Below are positions 27,234 through 40,735 of a stretch of DNA of 64,000 bases, piece after piece. Position 1 is the stretch's first letter, and each line of letters opens with the position of its first letter. Below the pieces are notes generated by a model that was not told the origin of the DNA, searched no databases, and was given only the letters and a program-made list of their open reading frames with translations. Source of the stretch: Octopus bimaculoides. Lineage: Eukaryota. Made by a program: the position numbers and the translations under genes. The stretch covers positions 60,354,801 through 60,418,800 of the forward strand of contig NC_068984.1 of assembly GCF_001194135.2 (NCBI RefSeq). The letters run 5' to 3'.

Positions 27234-27270
<37 letters not shown>

Positions 27271-28214
27271 TAGTGGTAGAAGCAAGCTTAGTCAACCAAT
27301 ACATTCACAGGAGAAGAAAGGAGGAAAAAAAAGAAGGAAATTGAAAAAGAAACTTAACCACTTCTCTAAATAAATAGAGAAATAAGTAAATAAATAAATA
27401 AGATTGCTGTTTCTAAGCTGTTTTCAGATATGGTTACTCACTCACAACTCAATTGTTTAAATAATCTCTTCAGCTTGAAAAATGCATTTATTTTCCCAAC
27501 AGTCCTTACATGAAGTGTGAAGAGGAAAAAGTATAAAAACAAACAGAAAGGAATGTAAGGGAAATTGAAAAACAAATGGGAGGAAAATGTTAAAAGAAAG
27601 AAAGAAGACTCCTAGAAAAAATGAAATTAATTTCAATGAACTGTGGTGATATTATGGCATGATTAACTTATTTAAATCCATGTACATAGTAGCATCATTT
27701 TTATTTAATTCTTCTTTAAAAATTTCAGTTTACATTTTGCCATTCATGTTAATTATTTTGGACACAAGGATTGGATATCTGATGTAAAAATGCCAAGAAA
27801 TTTGCCTTGATGGAAACTTAATCATCAACATGGGAGTAAAAATACTCATCATCAATTTAAAGTCCTTGAGCAATTTTAAATTGAAAATGTTTGTAATTTT
27901 TTATTCAGAATATGATGGAGTTAATCTTTAAAGTACATTTACAAGCCTAATGCATCTATTTTGTCATTACTAATGAAAGGATTTCTCATAATTGTTTATT
28001 AATTTAAAAAGAAATTAATTATTATTTCAACTTTATTTCATGAGTATATGCTAAGTCTACTGTTAATTCAAGTAAATAAACATTTTACAGATAACATGCT
28101 GGATAAGATGACTAATTTGGTTTAGGGTGTAATTACTGAAAATCAGCTGCACAATATATTTCCAAAATTTCAGAATCACATCATGGTTTGTGGATGTATT
28201 TAAAAATATATAAA

Positions 28215-28597
28215 GCAGGTTTGGCTATATGGTAAGAAGCTTGCTTCCCAACCACATAGTTTTGGGTTCAGTCCCACTATGTGGCACCTTGAGCAAGGGT
28301 CTTCTACTATAGCCTCAGGCTGACCAAAGCTTTGTGTGTGGATTTAGCATACAGGAACTGAAAGAAGCTCATCGTATCTACAAGGGGGTGCTGAAAAGTT
28401 CCTGGCTTTCAGGGTATCTCGAAAGGACTGATTGGAGGCCCAACCTTCTGAGTTCTTTGTCAGGGTTTAGATAAATGAAGGACCACTACAATAAGTGTGT
28501 GTGAATCTGAGAAGGGATTATGTTGAATTAAATCATAACTAACTGATCCTCCTATATTTTTTTTTACCCCAAACCAGGAATTTTCCAGCATCCCCTT

Positions 28598-28694
<97 letters not shown>

Positions 28695-28920
28695 TGTCTG
28701 TGTATGTGTGTCTGTATCTTCCCCCTCCCATGTACCACTTGACTATGAGTGCTGATGTGTTTACATCCCTGGTTCAGTAAAAGAGACTGATAGAATAAGT
28801 ACCAGGCTTAAAAACAAAGAAAAATTAGTACTGAGGTCGATACATTTGACTAAAAGTTCTTCAAGGTGGTGCTCCAGCATGGCTACAGTCTAGTGACTGG
28901 AACAAGTAAAAGATAAGAGG
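28215..28920 (+). mobile_element. SINE family C with nested mariner MITE and long (TG)n
   Basis: Head and tail of family C flank the MITE. Confidence 0.85.
28381..28599 (+). mobile_element. mariner-derived MITE
   Basis: TA|CAAGGGGGTGCTGAAAAGTTCCTGG...CCAGGAATTTTCCAGCATCCCCTTG TIRs. Second copy at 47664-47880. Confidence 0.85.
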
Positions 28921-29439
28921 GTCTCACTTATCTTTCCCACAGACAAATTCTACCATATAAAGAGCCAAAATCATACAAGTCTAAAATCATGCAAAGACTT
29001 TATAACTGTTCTATAGACCACAAAACCTGTGTATAAAAAAAAACAAACAAACAAAATTCTACACCTTCATGATGCTATGGCAGCATTTCTTTCCTAGAAG
29101 TCTTAGTGTGATGTGGAATTCTATAATGTGAAACCTATTTTGCATTGATTTCCATGCTGTATGAAAATCAATGAATGACATTTGTAGGAATACAATGTTT
29201 CTGTAGCATAGGTAATGCCTGTATAGGGAAATTAATACAATATATTCATTGATATCAATATAAGGCTGTGGAAATTGTACACGACTGTAGTTATTAAAAA
29301 ATATCTTTTTACATTATATTTCCATATTTTCTCACAATAGGTTGTTTGTACATGACAAATGTACATAACTGCAGTTGGAAAATGTCTTTATATTATATTT
29401 CCACTCTTTCACCCAATAAGTCATTTGCATAGTGAAGTT

Positions 29440-29800
29440 TCAATGGATAACCAGTCTTAAACTCCTATCTTTCTTGGCATCTCACTTAGCTTTTAAGCCT
29501 CTCTCTAGTGCATCTTTCCATCACCATATCACCTTCCACCTGGCTGGCACCTTGAACCATTTACAAATTTGGTCTGTGTCTCCCAGAGAGTTGTCTTGGA
29601 GAAACTCTGTAATTTTCTGTTCTAAGTTTCTATCTTCTTCTTGTCATTGAACCTACATCTTGGCAAGAGATCTTTCAGCTTTCATATCTTCCTTCTTTAG
29701 ATTCACCTTTATTTTCCATCTAGTCTACAGGTGAAGACTAGATAGCTTTTGCTCCCGTGTTCACCTGAATGAGTAGTGGTCTGGTAGGTGGTCTATTTTG
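29440..29800 (-). mobile_element. RTE LINE internal fragment, same linker region as 17745-18140
   Basis: FLQDNSLGDTDQICKWFKVPARWKVIW*W. Confidence 0.65.
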
Positions 29801-30036
29801 AAATGGCTAAGTAGCCAGAATGCTTTGCAAATTGTTGGAATAATAAATAAAAAATATTTCTATTATATGCTCTATATATTGCTTCTGTTGACTCCTTTAT
29901 TTCAATTGTGGATGCACTTCTTTTAGCTAGGTATATGTGTATGAATACCTATGTATATATTTATATTAGTATGTGTGTGTGTGTGTATGTGTATGTACAT
30001 ATATGTGTATGTATATGTGTGTATACATATATACAT

Positions 30037-30086
<50 letters not shown>

Positions 30087-30461
30087 CACACATGTATGTA
30101 TGTATGATTGTACATACATGAACTTACAAATCAATCAGAATAATTACTTTATTTGTACTTAGTGATTTCCCTATTTCGTTGCAAATTTTTTTTCCTTCAG
30201 ATTAGCTTACTCTTTGTTTGATCACCTGATGTTTCAATGCAAAAATTTTTTTTTGTATTGTAATTTTTTTTCTAATGCCTACTTGTGATTATAATTTCCT
30301 ATTCCCTGATAATAATGACTGATTTTAATGCTAATTCACTACTGAACGTGATATTCCTACTCTAAATCAAATTGCATGAATGTGTGTGTATGTATGTGTG
30401 TGTATGTATGTGTGTGTATGTATGTGTGTGTATGTATGTGTGTGGCATGTCAGTTTTAGCA

Positions 30462-30504
<43 letters not shown>

Positions 30505-30514
30505 NNNNNNNNNN

Positions 30515-30545
<31 letters not shown>

Positions 30546-31116
30546 ATATGCATGTATGTATGTACGTATGTATATAAATAAGGAGAGAGAGGAGAAGGGG
30601 CAGAGGTGGAGGAAAGATACAAATGTTCTTAATCAGTACAACTTTAGTTCTACATTTTGGAATGCACAACAACTCAACAGGTAATTAGTGCTATGACTTT
30701 ATGTCTACATTTATTAAATAGCTGGGAAGAATAAGAGTTAAATGTACCACAAAAGAAAATATGAAACGTTTACTACACGTTGCTTCAAGAAACATCTAGG
30801 TGTCTCACTGATTGACCATCTTCTCAGCTGCTTTTGAACTAAGGACATTGGGTTGATTAACCACTCAATATTCAATTATATTTTATATGCTGGCCACTGA
30901 TAAAATTTTTAATGATTTTATCCTTTATTATTATAATTGAATATTTTCCATTCACTTTGGGACAGTTTAGTCACTTCCATACTACGCTGACCAAATACAC
31001 ACGTGTCGAGGTAGACTATGAAATTCGATATATCTGTTGTATTTGTATTGTAATTGCAGCTTTGTGTTTGTTTTTCTGTGGGTATGTATAAATGTCTCAT
31101 TTATTTCCCTCAGTTT

Positions 31117-31172
31117 GCTTTGCTGATGAGGAAAAGTCATTAGACTAATCCAGAAATTGATCAATCCAAGGC
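31117..31172 (+). ncRNA. minimal type I hammerhead ribozyme motif, Penelope-like, possibly degenerate
   Basis: Stem I GCTTTG/CAAGGC, core CTGATGA 31123-31129, stem II GG..AGTC-ATTA-GACT..CC, GAAA 31153-31156, palindromic stem III ATTGATCAAT, predicted UC cut after 31166. One extra A lies before GAAA. Confidence 0.65.
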
Positions 31173-31194
31173 TATCTGAATTATTTTATGAATT

Positions 31195-31480
31195 TCTGTC
31201 AGCCTTGTGAGTGGATTTGGTAGACAGAAACTGAAAAAAGCTCGTCGTATCTATGTGTATATATATATGTATGTATGTGTATATGTTGTGTATCTGTGTT
31301 TGTCCCACCAACATCGCTTGACAACTGATGCTGGTGTGTTTAGGTCCCCTTAACTTAGCGGTTCGGCAAAAGTGACCGATAGAATAAGTACCAGGCTTAC
31401 AAAGAATAAGTCCTGGGGTCGATTTGATTTGACTAAAGGCGGTACTCCAGCATGACTGAAACAAGTAAAAGAATAAAAGA
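31195..31480 (+). mobile_element. SINE family C, 5'-truncated
   Basis: High similarity to family C. Confidence 0.9.
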
Positions 31481-32097
31481 ATATATATACACAACAACTT
31501 TTGCCATGATGAGAAGTTGGGGGTATAAAATCTATCTGGATCAGTTAAAGAAAGTCGCTCAAATCTCTTGTGAATTAACTTGGGATCCCTTGATAATGAT
31601 GTACAACCTTCATTTAACTAAGGTATTTTTGGCCTGGTGAATAGCTAGTGGAGTGTCCCTCATTAAGTAAATATTACTTCCAAGTTTCTGTTAGCTAGGA
31701 AACATATGTTGCCTGGATTTTACCAGCTCTTTTACTACAATTTGGATTTTTATTTGCATACAAAACAATCCTAGTTGCTAACCGTGTACTATAAAATAAC
31801 TTTTTTCGACTTATCAAACTTTGATATGGGAGAAACCTACAACCTTCTATGCTAATAAACTACTTTAGTTCTTGGAAGTTGTTTTTTATACCTTCCATGG
31901 GCTGCCTGAAACTTACTAACGTCCTACACATGGATCTTTGGATCTTACCTTTACATATATATATATATATATATATATATGCAAGTACAGAATAATAATA
32001 TAGATTTAGTCAAAAGATTAAATGTGGTACTTAAAATGTTTGAGGCACCAGAATTTGGTAGGGTAAAAACCAAAAACAAAATCAAGAGATCTGGTGA

Positions 32098-32367
32098 ATA
32101 AAATTTGAAGAAAAGCAACAAAAATTCAATAGGTTATAGCAATACGTGTGTTTCGTACAAACTTCATTTATTCATGTAGTGAGAACACTACATAAAATGT
32201 ACAATGAAAATGTACTTTCTAAAATGAAATTCCGTTATGCAGCTGAGGAGTACATTTTCATTGTACATTTTATGTAGTGTTCTCACTACATGAATGAATG
32301 AAATTTGTACGAAATGTACGTACTGCTATAACCTATTGAATTTTTGTTGCTTTTCTTCAAATTTTAT
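32098..32367. repeat. foldback element 1: ~119-bp inverted arms, 32-bp spacer
   Basis: 32098-32216 versus the reverse complement of 32249-32367, about 6 mismatches by eye. Confidence 0.95.
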
Positions 32368-32531
32368 ATGCAAGTATGTATGTATGTATGCATGCATGTA
32401 TGTATGCATGCATGTATGTATCTATATATACATACACATATATATATCTATATATACATACATACATACATATATATATATATGTAGGAGAGTATTGTAG
32501 TTTGCTTGAAGCATTGAGTATTGTTTGTAAC

Positions 32532-32670
32532 GAATAAAAAGTTTTGAATGGTACAACAATGCACTATAATACCAAAAATGGACTAAATTACTAATAACTA
32601 AATTACAACAGGTATATAGTCCATTTTTTGTATTATAGTGCATTGTTGTACCATTCAAAACTTTTTATTC
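32532..32670. repeat. foldback element 2: 54-bp inverted arms, 31-bp spacer
   Basis: 32532-32585 versus the reverse complement of 32617-32670, 1 mismatch. Confidence 0.95.
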
Positions 32671-32869
32671 TTTATATATATTTATATATATTTATATATA
32701 ATTCCAAAATTACAACAAAATATGATTTTACATATATGTAATCCTAATACTTATTCCCTCGGTCCATTTAGCCGAACCTGTAAGTTATGAGGGACGTAAA
32801 CAGACCAATAGCAATTGTCAAACGATGATAGAGTGACAAACACAGACACACAAACACACACACACACAC

Positions 32870-32913
<44 letters not shown>

Positions 32914-33871
32914 CAGGCTTCTTTCAGTTTCCATCTACCAAATCCACTCACAAGCTTTTGGTTGGCCCAAGGCTAAAGTAGAAGACTGATTGTGAAGTCC
33001 AAGGCTTTAGTAGAAGACTGATTGTGAAGCAATAGGAGACAAATACAAACACACACGTGCATATTCATGTACACATGCATAGAGACACTCACACACATGA
33101 TGGGCTTCTGCATAGTTTCCCTCTACCAAATTCACTTACAAGCCATTGGTTGGCTTCAGGTTATAATACTAGACACTTGCTCAAAGTGTCACACTGTGGG
33201 ACTGAAACTCAAATCATGTGGCTATGAAGTGAACTGCTTAATAGCACAGCTCTGCCTGCAGCTATGTGTATATACGTACACACACACACACACACATATA
33301 TATACATACATATATACATACATACATACAACCATGCATGCGCATGCACACACACACACACACACACAGATTAGTGCATATGTGCACATATGTAGACATA
33401 CACACATGCATGCATATGTGCATAGATACAAGCATGCATACACACACATCCACATACATACATATGTACATACATGAGCAACAATGATCCTTTCAAATCT
33501 TACTTGCATAGAAAGTGGATGTGAAACAATGATGATGATAATGACCACGATGATGATGATGGTGGTGGTGGTAACAACATGCATGCACACACATACACAT
33601 GCATTACACATACACACATGCATGTGTGTGCAAGCACACACATATGCATGCACATACACACACATACACACATGCTCAAATACACACACACACACAACAG
33701 CTTCAAATATAGATTTCAGATAATATATGTGTGTGCATGTCTGTGTGTGTGTTGTTTTGCTGCTAAGTATTTTTACAATGACATCTTTTTCCCATTAACA
33801 GATATTAGTGAAGTATTTTCTAATATATTATTGCCAGTGTCACGTTACTGAGGATTGCCTCTTTGGATTAC

Positions 33872-33959
33872 CTGGTGGCATATATCTTACAATAAGTTCC
33901 GTAAAGTCTCCGTACATCTCTCTTTTTCTTTGTTTACTTTCTGTCTTCACATCTTCTGA
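33872..33959 (-). CDS. candidate exon (SEDVKTESKQRKREMYGDFTELIVRYMPP), phase-1 donor
   Basis: Donor CAG|gtaatc is strong, the acceptor (ttggag) is weak, and there is an internal ATG at 33917. Confidence 0.2.
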
Positions 33960-34351
33960 CTCCAATAAGATAATTATTTACTGATTAGCAGACATATATG
34001 TAGTTGCCTTTACTGTGTTCCAGACCTAATTTCTTTGAAGTACTCAGTAATAATGATTATGATGTCGTTGATGATGTTGACAATACTGAGAATCTAGCTG
34101 AACAGACATCATCAAGCAGCTATGTCATTTACTCTGTTGCCTTTAGCCGTTTTCCCAGTAATATTATCTTGTATTGTGGCACTGAAACAGAAAGAATTGT
34201 GTGTCATTCTGTGTGACTGTTGAAACATATATTCAGTAGGTGTTGAAATTTCTTTTTAAAATCAAATTGGTCCTAGCTTTGATCTCACAATACAGCACAT
34301 TGTGGAAGTGTCTTCTATGGTAAGCTTGAGGTGACACTAATCCCCCCCCCC

Positions 34352-34690
34352 CACCATCATTTAGCATTTGTTTTCTACGCTGGCGTGGGCTAGACAGTTC
34401 GACTTGGACTGATAAGCTGGAGAACTGCCTCAAGTTCCAGTCTGTTTTCGTTTGGTTTCTCCAGCTGAATGCCCTTCCTAATACCAATCCCTCAAAGAGT
34501 GTAGGGGGTGCCTTTTACATATCACCAGCGTGGGTGTCTTTTACATATCACTGATGCGAGTGCCTTCTTTGTGTCACTGGCACTGGCCACAACTATGATT
34601 ACACTTGACTTGGTGTGTCTTCTCAAGCACAACAAATTACCAAAGATCTCAATCACTTGTCATCACCCCCGTAAGACTCAACATCCAAAA
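34352..34690 (-). mobile_element. older RTE LINE 3' end
   Basis: Diverged match to 23198-23515. Confidence 0.75.
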
Positions 34691-35549
34691 ATAAGTGAAA
34701 TTATGTAGTTGGAAACTGTGTGGAAGCCCATCTGATGAACTGATAAGTCATGGTTTGTACTCCCGTATCTTAATTAGTCTCAGAAAGATTATGAGCACTG
34801 TGCTTCTACTGGCAACGTCATAATATACTATTGTGAAGGCTAGTTAATAACAATAGTACATGACATTCACTTATATTCTCAATTCAAACCTCACCATGTT
34901 CTAGTGTTTTTGTCATCCTTCTGGAGTTGACAAAATATGTCTCAGTCAGGGCCAGATTAGACTTAGTGGCCCATATTGACCCATTCATAAGTCTGGTTCT
35001 GGTGCCTGTCAAGTATTAAGGTCTAGAAAGTCACTGTCCTCCAATTTCAGATTTGCTTTCCTTATAGCAAAGAGAGAAATGGCACTGCAGATTTTGGTTT
35101 TACTCTTTACAATTCGTTTTGCTATGTTTTTATGGATAGAATATTCTGCAACAGTAATCCTGCTTTTGGTTTTCCTACTAACAATGCAGCAAAAGTAGAG
35201 CATGTTTTTTTGTGCGTTACACAGTTTATAACAAAAAAAAATTTTGCACCTTACAAAATGCAGAATGTGAATGTTTTGTAAGATATGAGCTTATGACCAT
35301 ATTGTCAGTAGACTAGCACCATAACCTCACATCTACCACATAACCACATACATACATACATACATACATACATACATACATACATACATACATACATACA
35401 TACATGAATAAATTGTGTGTGTGGTATCTGTGTAGGTTAATACTATAATACATTAAATGACATTGGAATACTGTGATATACTGTAGTACGATCAAAGTAA
35501 TTATTGACTACAATTTTCTGTATGACTGTAGATCCCTGCAATTCTTTGT

Positions 35550-36000
35550 GTGAATTATTGTAGCATATCATACAGCTAGGGCATATAGTAGTATACAGTG
35601 TGACATAATGATGTCCAGTTTCATTTCCTTATAGTATTGTGATATATAGTAAAATTCAGTGTTTGGTAGTTAAACAGTCTATACATATCCATGTCAGATT
35701 GTATGGCAACATACTTCTGTAATATATTGTATGACAAAAAGATATCCAGCTTCCTTTCTCAAGAGTATATTATTGCAGTATACAGTAACATTCAATGTTT
35801 TGTAGAAAAATACTCCATACATATCCATATCAGACTGTATGGCAACATACATCTATGGTATATAGTGTGACATATATATCCAGCCTCATTTTTTGAGAGT
35901 ATCTTATTGCTGTATGCAGTAGTATTCAATGTTCAGTGGGAAAATACTCTCTACATACTCATGTCAAACAGTATGACAACATACTTCTGTGGTATAGTGT
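35550..36000. repeat. diverged tandem repeat, ~135-bp unit, about 3.5 copies
   Basis: CATATCCATGTCAGA.TGTATGGCAACATAC motif recurs at 35684, 35820 and 35954. Confidence 0.85.
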
Positions 36001-37104
36001 GTGTTTGGAGGTTAAGTGTGTTATAGGGGGATTCTATCATACAGTCTACTTCAGAGTAATGTTTTGCTGAAAAATCTAGGAAATTCATTGTCAAGCTATT
36101 AATGGAGAAGTTCTAAATTCATTATGCTAAAATACTGTCTTTTCTGAGATGTAGATTAGGATTATGGTGTAGTTGAGAAATATATCTCACCAAAACCTCC
36201 AGATGTTTATGGCTGTTTTCCATTCTAATCCTTTACTTTACGGAATTGAATTGTGCCGACTCTTAGAATAGAAAAGATACAATAGAATAGAATAGATACC
36301 TAGATGATTAGAAAGTTAGTCAAATCTGTACATACACATATGTATACATATACTCCTATATGCACACACTCACACAAATACACACAACACACACACATGA
36401 GTGAAAGAAATATAAACACAGACAAACATATGAACATATACACAGGTATACACATTTCAAAAGTTATGTTGTTTTGTTATTAAAAGCATCTGAACAATAA
36501 ACACAAGCAAAATTACATACAGCTATTTGATGTGTATTTGTGTATGTAAAAGTATAGTAAAAGACAGAAGGGGAAAGAATGAGAGATATATTACTTTATA
36601 TCACTAATGCTCTCAAATAAGTCATGCAAGTTAAATCCTTCATGTTCCTGTCTTCTATGAATCTTAAAGTCTAACTGTGTTCAAAATCCTCTGTATACTG
36701 GTATAATATATTTGTTTGATGAGTGTGTGTGCCTCTGTGTGTGTGCCTCTGTGTGTGTGCATATTATTTTGTTGCAAGAATGTATTGATAGTGACTTCGA
36801 AGCTTTGGCCAGCTAAGCCATCATTGGACTGTAATGCTTTGAATTAATCTTGGCTTTATAAAGTCTCTATTGAGATGAAATTCTCTTCTAGGGTTTGTGA
36901 GGTTCAGTTGACTGGTAATTAAGTTGTAGGCTGGGTTGTGATGGAAAGGTGTTGTGGAGAAATTCTTATTGATTAATTTTGGGATTATGTTATTGTTCAG
37001 AATTTATTCATGCATGTAGAACTTTGTAAACATGTGTATATATTTATGTATGTCAGTTTATATATATGTAAATGTAGATATATATTATATAGACACACAC
37101 ACAC

Positions 37105-37515
37105 ATACATATTCTTTTATTCTTTTACTTGTTTCAGTCATTTGACTGTGGCCATGCTGGAGCACCGCCTGTTTTTTAGTCGAGCAATTTGACCCCAGGA
37201 CTTATTCTTTGTAAGACTAGTACTTATTCTATTGGTGTCTTTTTGCCGAACCACTAAGTTATGAGGATGTAAACACACCAGCATCGGTTGTCAAGCGATG
37301 TTGGAGGGACAAGTACAGACACACAAACATATACACACACACATATATATACATATATCCGACAGGCTTCTTTCAGTTTCTGTCTACCAAATCCACTCAC
37401 AAGGCTTTGACCGGCCTGAGGCTATAGTAGAAGACACTTACCCAAGGTGCCATGCAGTGGGACTGAACTCGGAACCATGTGGCTGGTAAGCAAGCTACCT
37501 ACCACATAGCCACTC
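37105..37515 (-). mobile_element. SINE family C, full length, low divergence
   Basis: tRNA-like head, CCTTGGGTAAGTG core, TAAAAGA-type tail. Confidence 0.92.
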
Positions 37516-38487
37516 ATATATTTATGATATATGTGTATATATGTATCTGTGNNNNNNNNNNNNNNNNNNNNNNNNNNNNNNNNNNNNNNNNNNNNNNNNN
37601 NNNNNNNNNNNNNNNNNNNNNNNNNNNNNNNNNNNNNNNNNNNNNNNNNNNNNNNNNNNNNNNNNNNNNNNNNNNNNNNNNNNNNNNNNNNNNNNNNNNN
37701 NNNNNNNNNNNNNNNNNNNNNCTTGAAAGTGATTGTTCATTGGTTTTATCTTTTTATTAATTGTGAATGTAATATAAAAATTACATAGCAATGAACTTGC
37801 TTTGTACACTGAGCTATAGAAAATGATGATGTGCCATAAACGTCAAACAATTTTGAATAAGTTCTCCATCCTTCAAGTAGATGTTGATGATGATAAACAA
37901 TAAGATAGAAGAAAGTATCCCTCAACCTTCCAAGAATTCTCATTCTACCACCGCCGCCGCCACCACCACTGCTGCCACCGCCGCCACTACCACCACCACC
38001 ACCACTACGCCCCCTCACAATGGTCAATATCTTTTGTACCAAGAATGTACCCTATTATGATATTACCATTCTTATTTATTCCCTGACGTATTTCTCTTCA
38101 AATATTTTTACATATGTTCATATTGTATTGTTTTTGTTTAGACATCATTATTTTCATGCATAAAAATGGTTGCAACCCTGGTTTAAAAATTTTTTTATTG
38201 TATTTTATTTTATTTTATTTTATTTTATTTTTTTGTATTTTTTGGGGAAAAAAGTCGTTGGAATGCATTACCACTTTCAAAACATGAAAATCAGTGGGTG
38301 GTGGTTTTCACATTTTGAAAAGATTATCAGAAATATATTACTTCCAGAACATGTGGGAGATCCCTGCAGTTCTGTATGTTCTATTGGAACCTTAAACATC
38401 TGAAGGTGATTGTCATATCTACACCATTTGTGTCTTACATTGTAAATGAAAGATTTTAGTAGCAGTTGTTGTTATTATGCCATTACA

Positions 38488-38678
38488 AGGTAGCGAAATG
38501 GCAGAATCATTAGTAATCTGGGAAAAATGCTTAGCAGCATTTTGTCCATTCTTATGAGGTTGTTTTTGCTGCTCATCCTCTTGGGGATGAGAAAATAAGT
38601 ACCAGTTAAACACGGGGGTCAATGAAATCAACTTACCCCCTCCCACAAACTTGCTGGCCTTGTGCCAAGATTTGAAAC

Positions 38679-38679
<1 letters not shown>
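38488..38679 (+). mobile_element. SINE family A with long (ATT)n tail
   Basis: TGGCAGAATC head, CCTTGTGCCAAGATTTGAAACC end. Confidence 0.8.
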
Positions 38680-38747
<68 letters not shown>

Positions 38748-38771
38748 CATCATCATCATTATAATCATTAT

Positions 38772-39525
38772 TTCTCTTTATCACAGATTTTGTTGGAGAC
38801 TCCTGGAGTCTTACATGTATAGTAAGCTTGCTACCTGCAGTCTTCGGTACCATGATATCCATTCTTTTCAGCTATCTAATACTTTCCTGATTATTCTGGC
38901 CGTGCCAAGGAGGCAAACCTTTTGTAACAGTTCTACTGAGCACTCAATGCCAATTTCCTTTATATTCCGCTTGATACTGTTCCCAAGGACCCAACAACAA
39001 TTGGCACAGTCTTCACCTTCTTCATTTTCCATGGCCGGGCTATTTTGTACTTAAAAGGGTTGTATTTATCTATCTTTTCACCTTCCTTCACAGCTATTCG
39101 TGGGTCAAAAGGGCATGCAACATCAACTATACAGCATATGTGGTGGATCTTGTCCACCAACACTAGGTCTGGTCTGTTATGATCTAGCACCTGATCTGGA
39201 TTGGGAAATCTCTGAGGATTTTGCTAGTCTCCGACTCCACCACTCTCTGGTGTTTGTGCTCATACCACGTCTTGTCTCTCTCTCTAGCCTCCACTTTTTG
39301 CACAGTTTCCAATGTAGCACTTTTGCTATCTGATCATATTGCCACAACTTGTAGTGGTTTTGAGCAAATCTAGGCCATTTGTTCATGATATGAGCAGTGG
39401 TTTCATCCACTCTATTGCAGATGTGGCAAAGTAGAGACACTTGCTCATTCGTAAGGCTGACCCTCCAGTTCATGACTAAAGCTTGATCTTGTGCTGCCAG
39501 TATAGTGCACTCAGTCTCTTTTTTA
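38772..39525 (-). mobile_element. R4/Dong-type RLE non-LTR retrotransposon, 5'-truncated and decayed
   Basis: CCHC-like LCHICNRVDETTAHIMNKW, RLE motif RPDLVLVDK..IVDVACPFD..KEGEKIDKY..VPIVVGSLG, (TAA)n on both sides. Confidence 0.9.
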
Positions 39526-39540
39526 GTGTTGTTGTTGTTA

Positions 39541-39599
<59 letters not shown>

Positions 39600-39611
39600 G
39601 TTATTATTATT

Positions 39612-39785
39612 AAGGCATTTTGTGAGTCTTTACACTTTGAGTTCAATTTCCACCGACGTCAACTTTGCATTTTATTCCTTTCAGGGTCTATAAAATAAGT
39701 ACCAGTTGTAAGGTAAGGTCAATGAAAATGACTTACCCCCTCCTACAATCGTGTTGGTCTTGTGCCAAAATTTGTAACCATTATT
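39612..39785 (+). mobile_element. SINE family A, 5'-truncated
   Basis: Core GTCAACTTTGCATTTTATTCCTTTCAGGGTC. Confidence 0.75.
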
Positions 39786-40675
39786 ATGCTATTGCAAGCT
39801 GCGCATCATGGAATGTGTGAGATTCTTATTTCCATATCATTGGAGACATGAAATGTTTGCCTTGTTGGCATCCAAGTTCCTTTCAGCAAACACTAAATAG
39901 TTTGGTCATGGTATCTGATATTAGTTTGTCATTAAGATGTGCTATCTTTGTTTTAATTTTTATTTAATGATATTGTTGCTATTACAGCTTCTATAACCTG
40001 TTGCTTGCTGTCTTTTTATTTTTCTATTTAAAATAGTTGTTTCATAAACTAATGTTTTGTTTTGTGCTCTGTAATATATTATTTTGCAAAGGGTATTTTT
40101 TTTTATAGTACTTTGTAATGGCTCTTTACTGTAGAAGCATTCTCAGGCAGTAAGAGTGCGTGTTACTTGTATGTCTTATCTAAGATTACAGTCATGAAGT
40201 ATACGACTTTCATGTTTACATCTCAATTTATAAATTACAATAGTCCTCAGGTTAAGTTGTTCAGACATTGAAAGACTTTTGCTTTGTAGTTCTTATGAAG
40301 AGCTTTTTATGTATACATATATTATTTTTTGTTTTTGTAATATATTATTAATGCTAATTTATCATTGGGCGTGTGTTTCATGTTGTAACCTGTCTGATGA
40401 GGTTTTTAATAACAAGTTCATTATTTGTTTTGTAATTTGTGAACATTTCATTCATACTTCACCTTTAATCTTTTACTTGCTTCAGTCATTAGACTGTGGC
40501 TATGCTGGGGCACTGTCTTGAAAGATTAAGTTGAGCAACTAACCCTAGTAGAAATTTTTGTAAGTCCAGTATTTATTCTGTCAGTCTCTTTTGCCAAACT
40601 ATTAAGTTAGAGGGACATAAACAAACCAGCACCAGTTAGCAAGTGATGGGAGCAGGGACAGGCATAAACACAAGG

Positions 40676-40732
<57 letters not shown>

Positions 40733-40735
40733 CAG

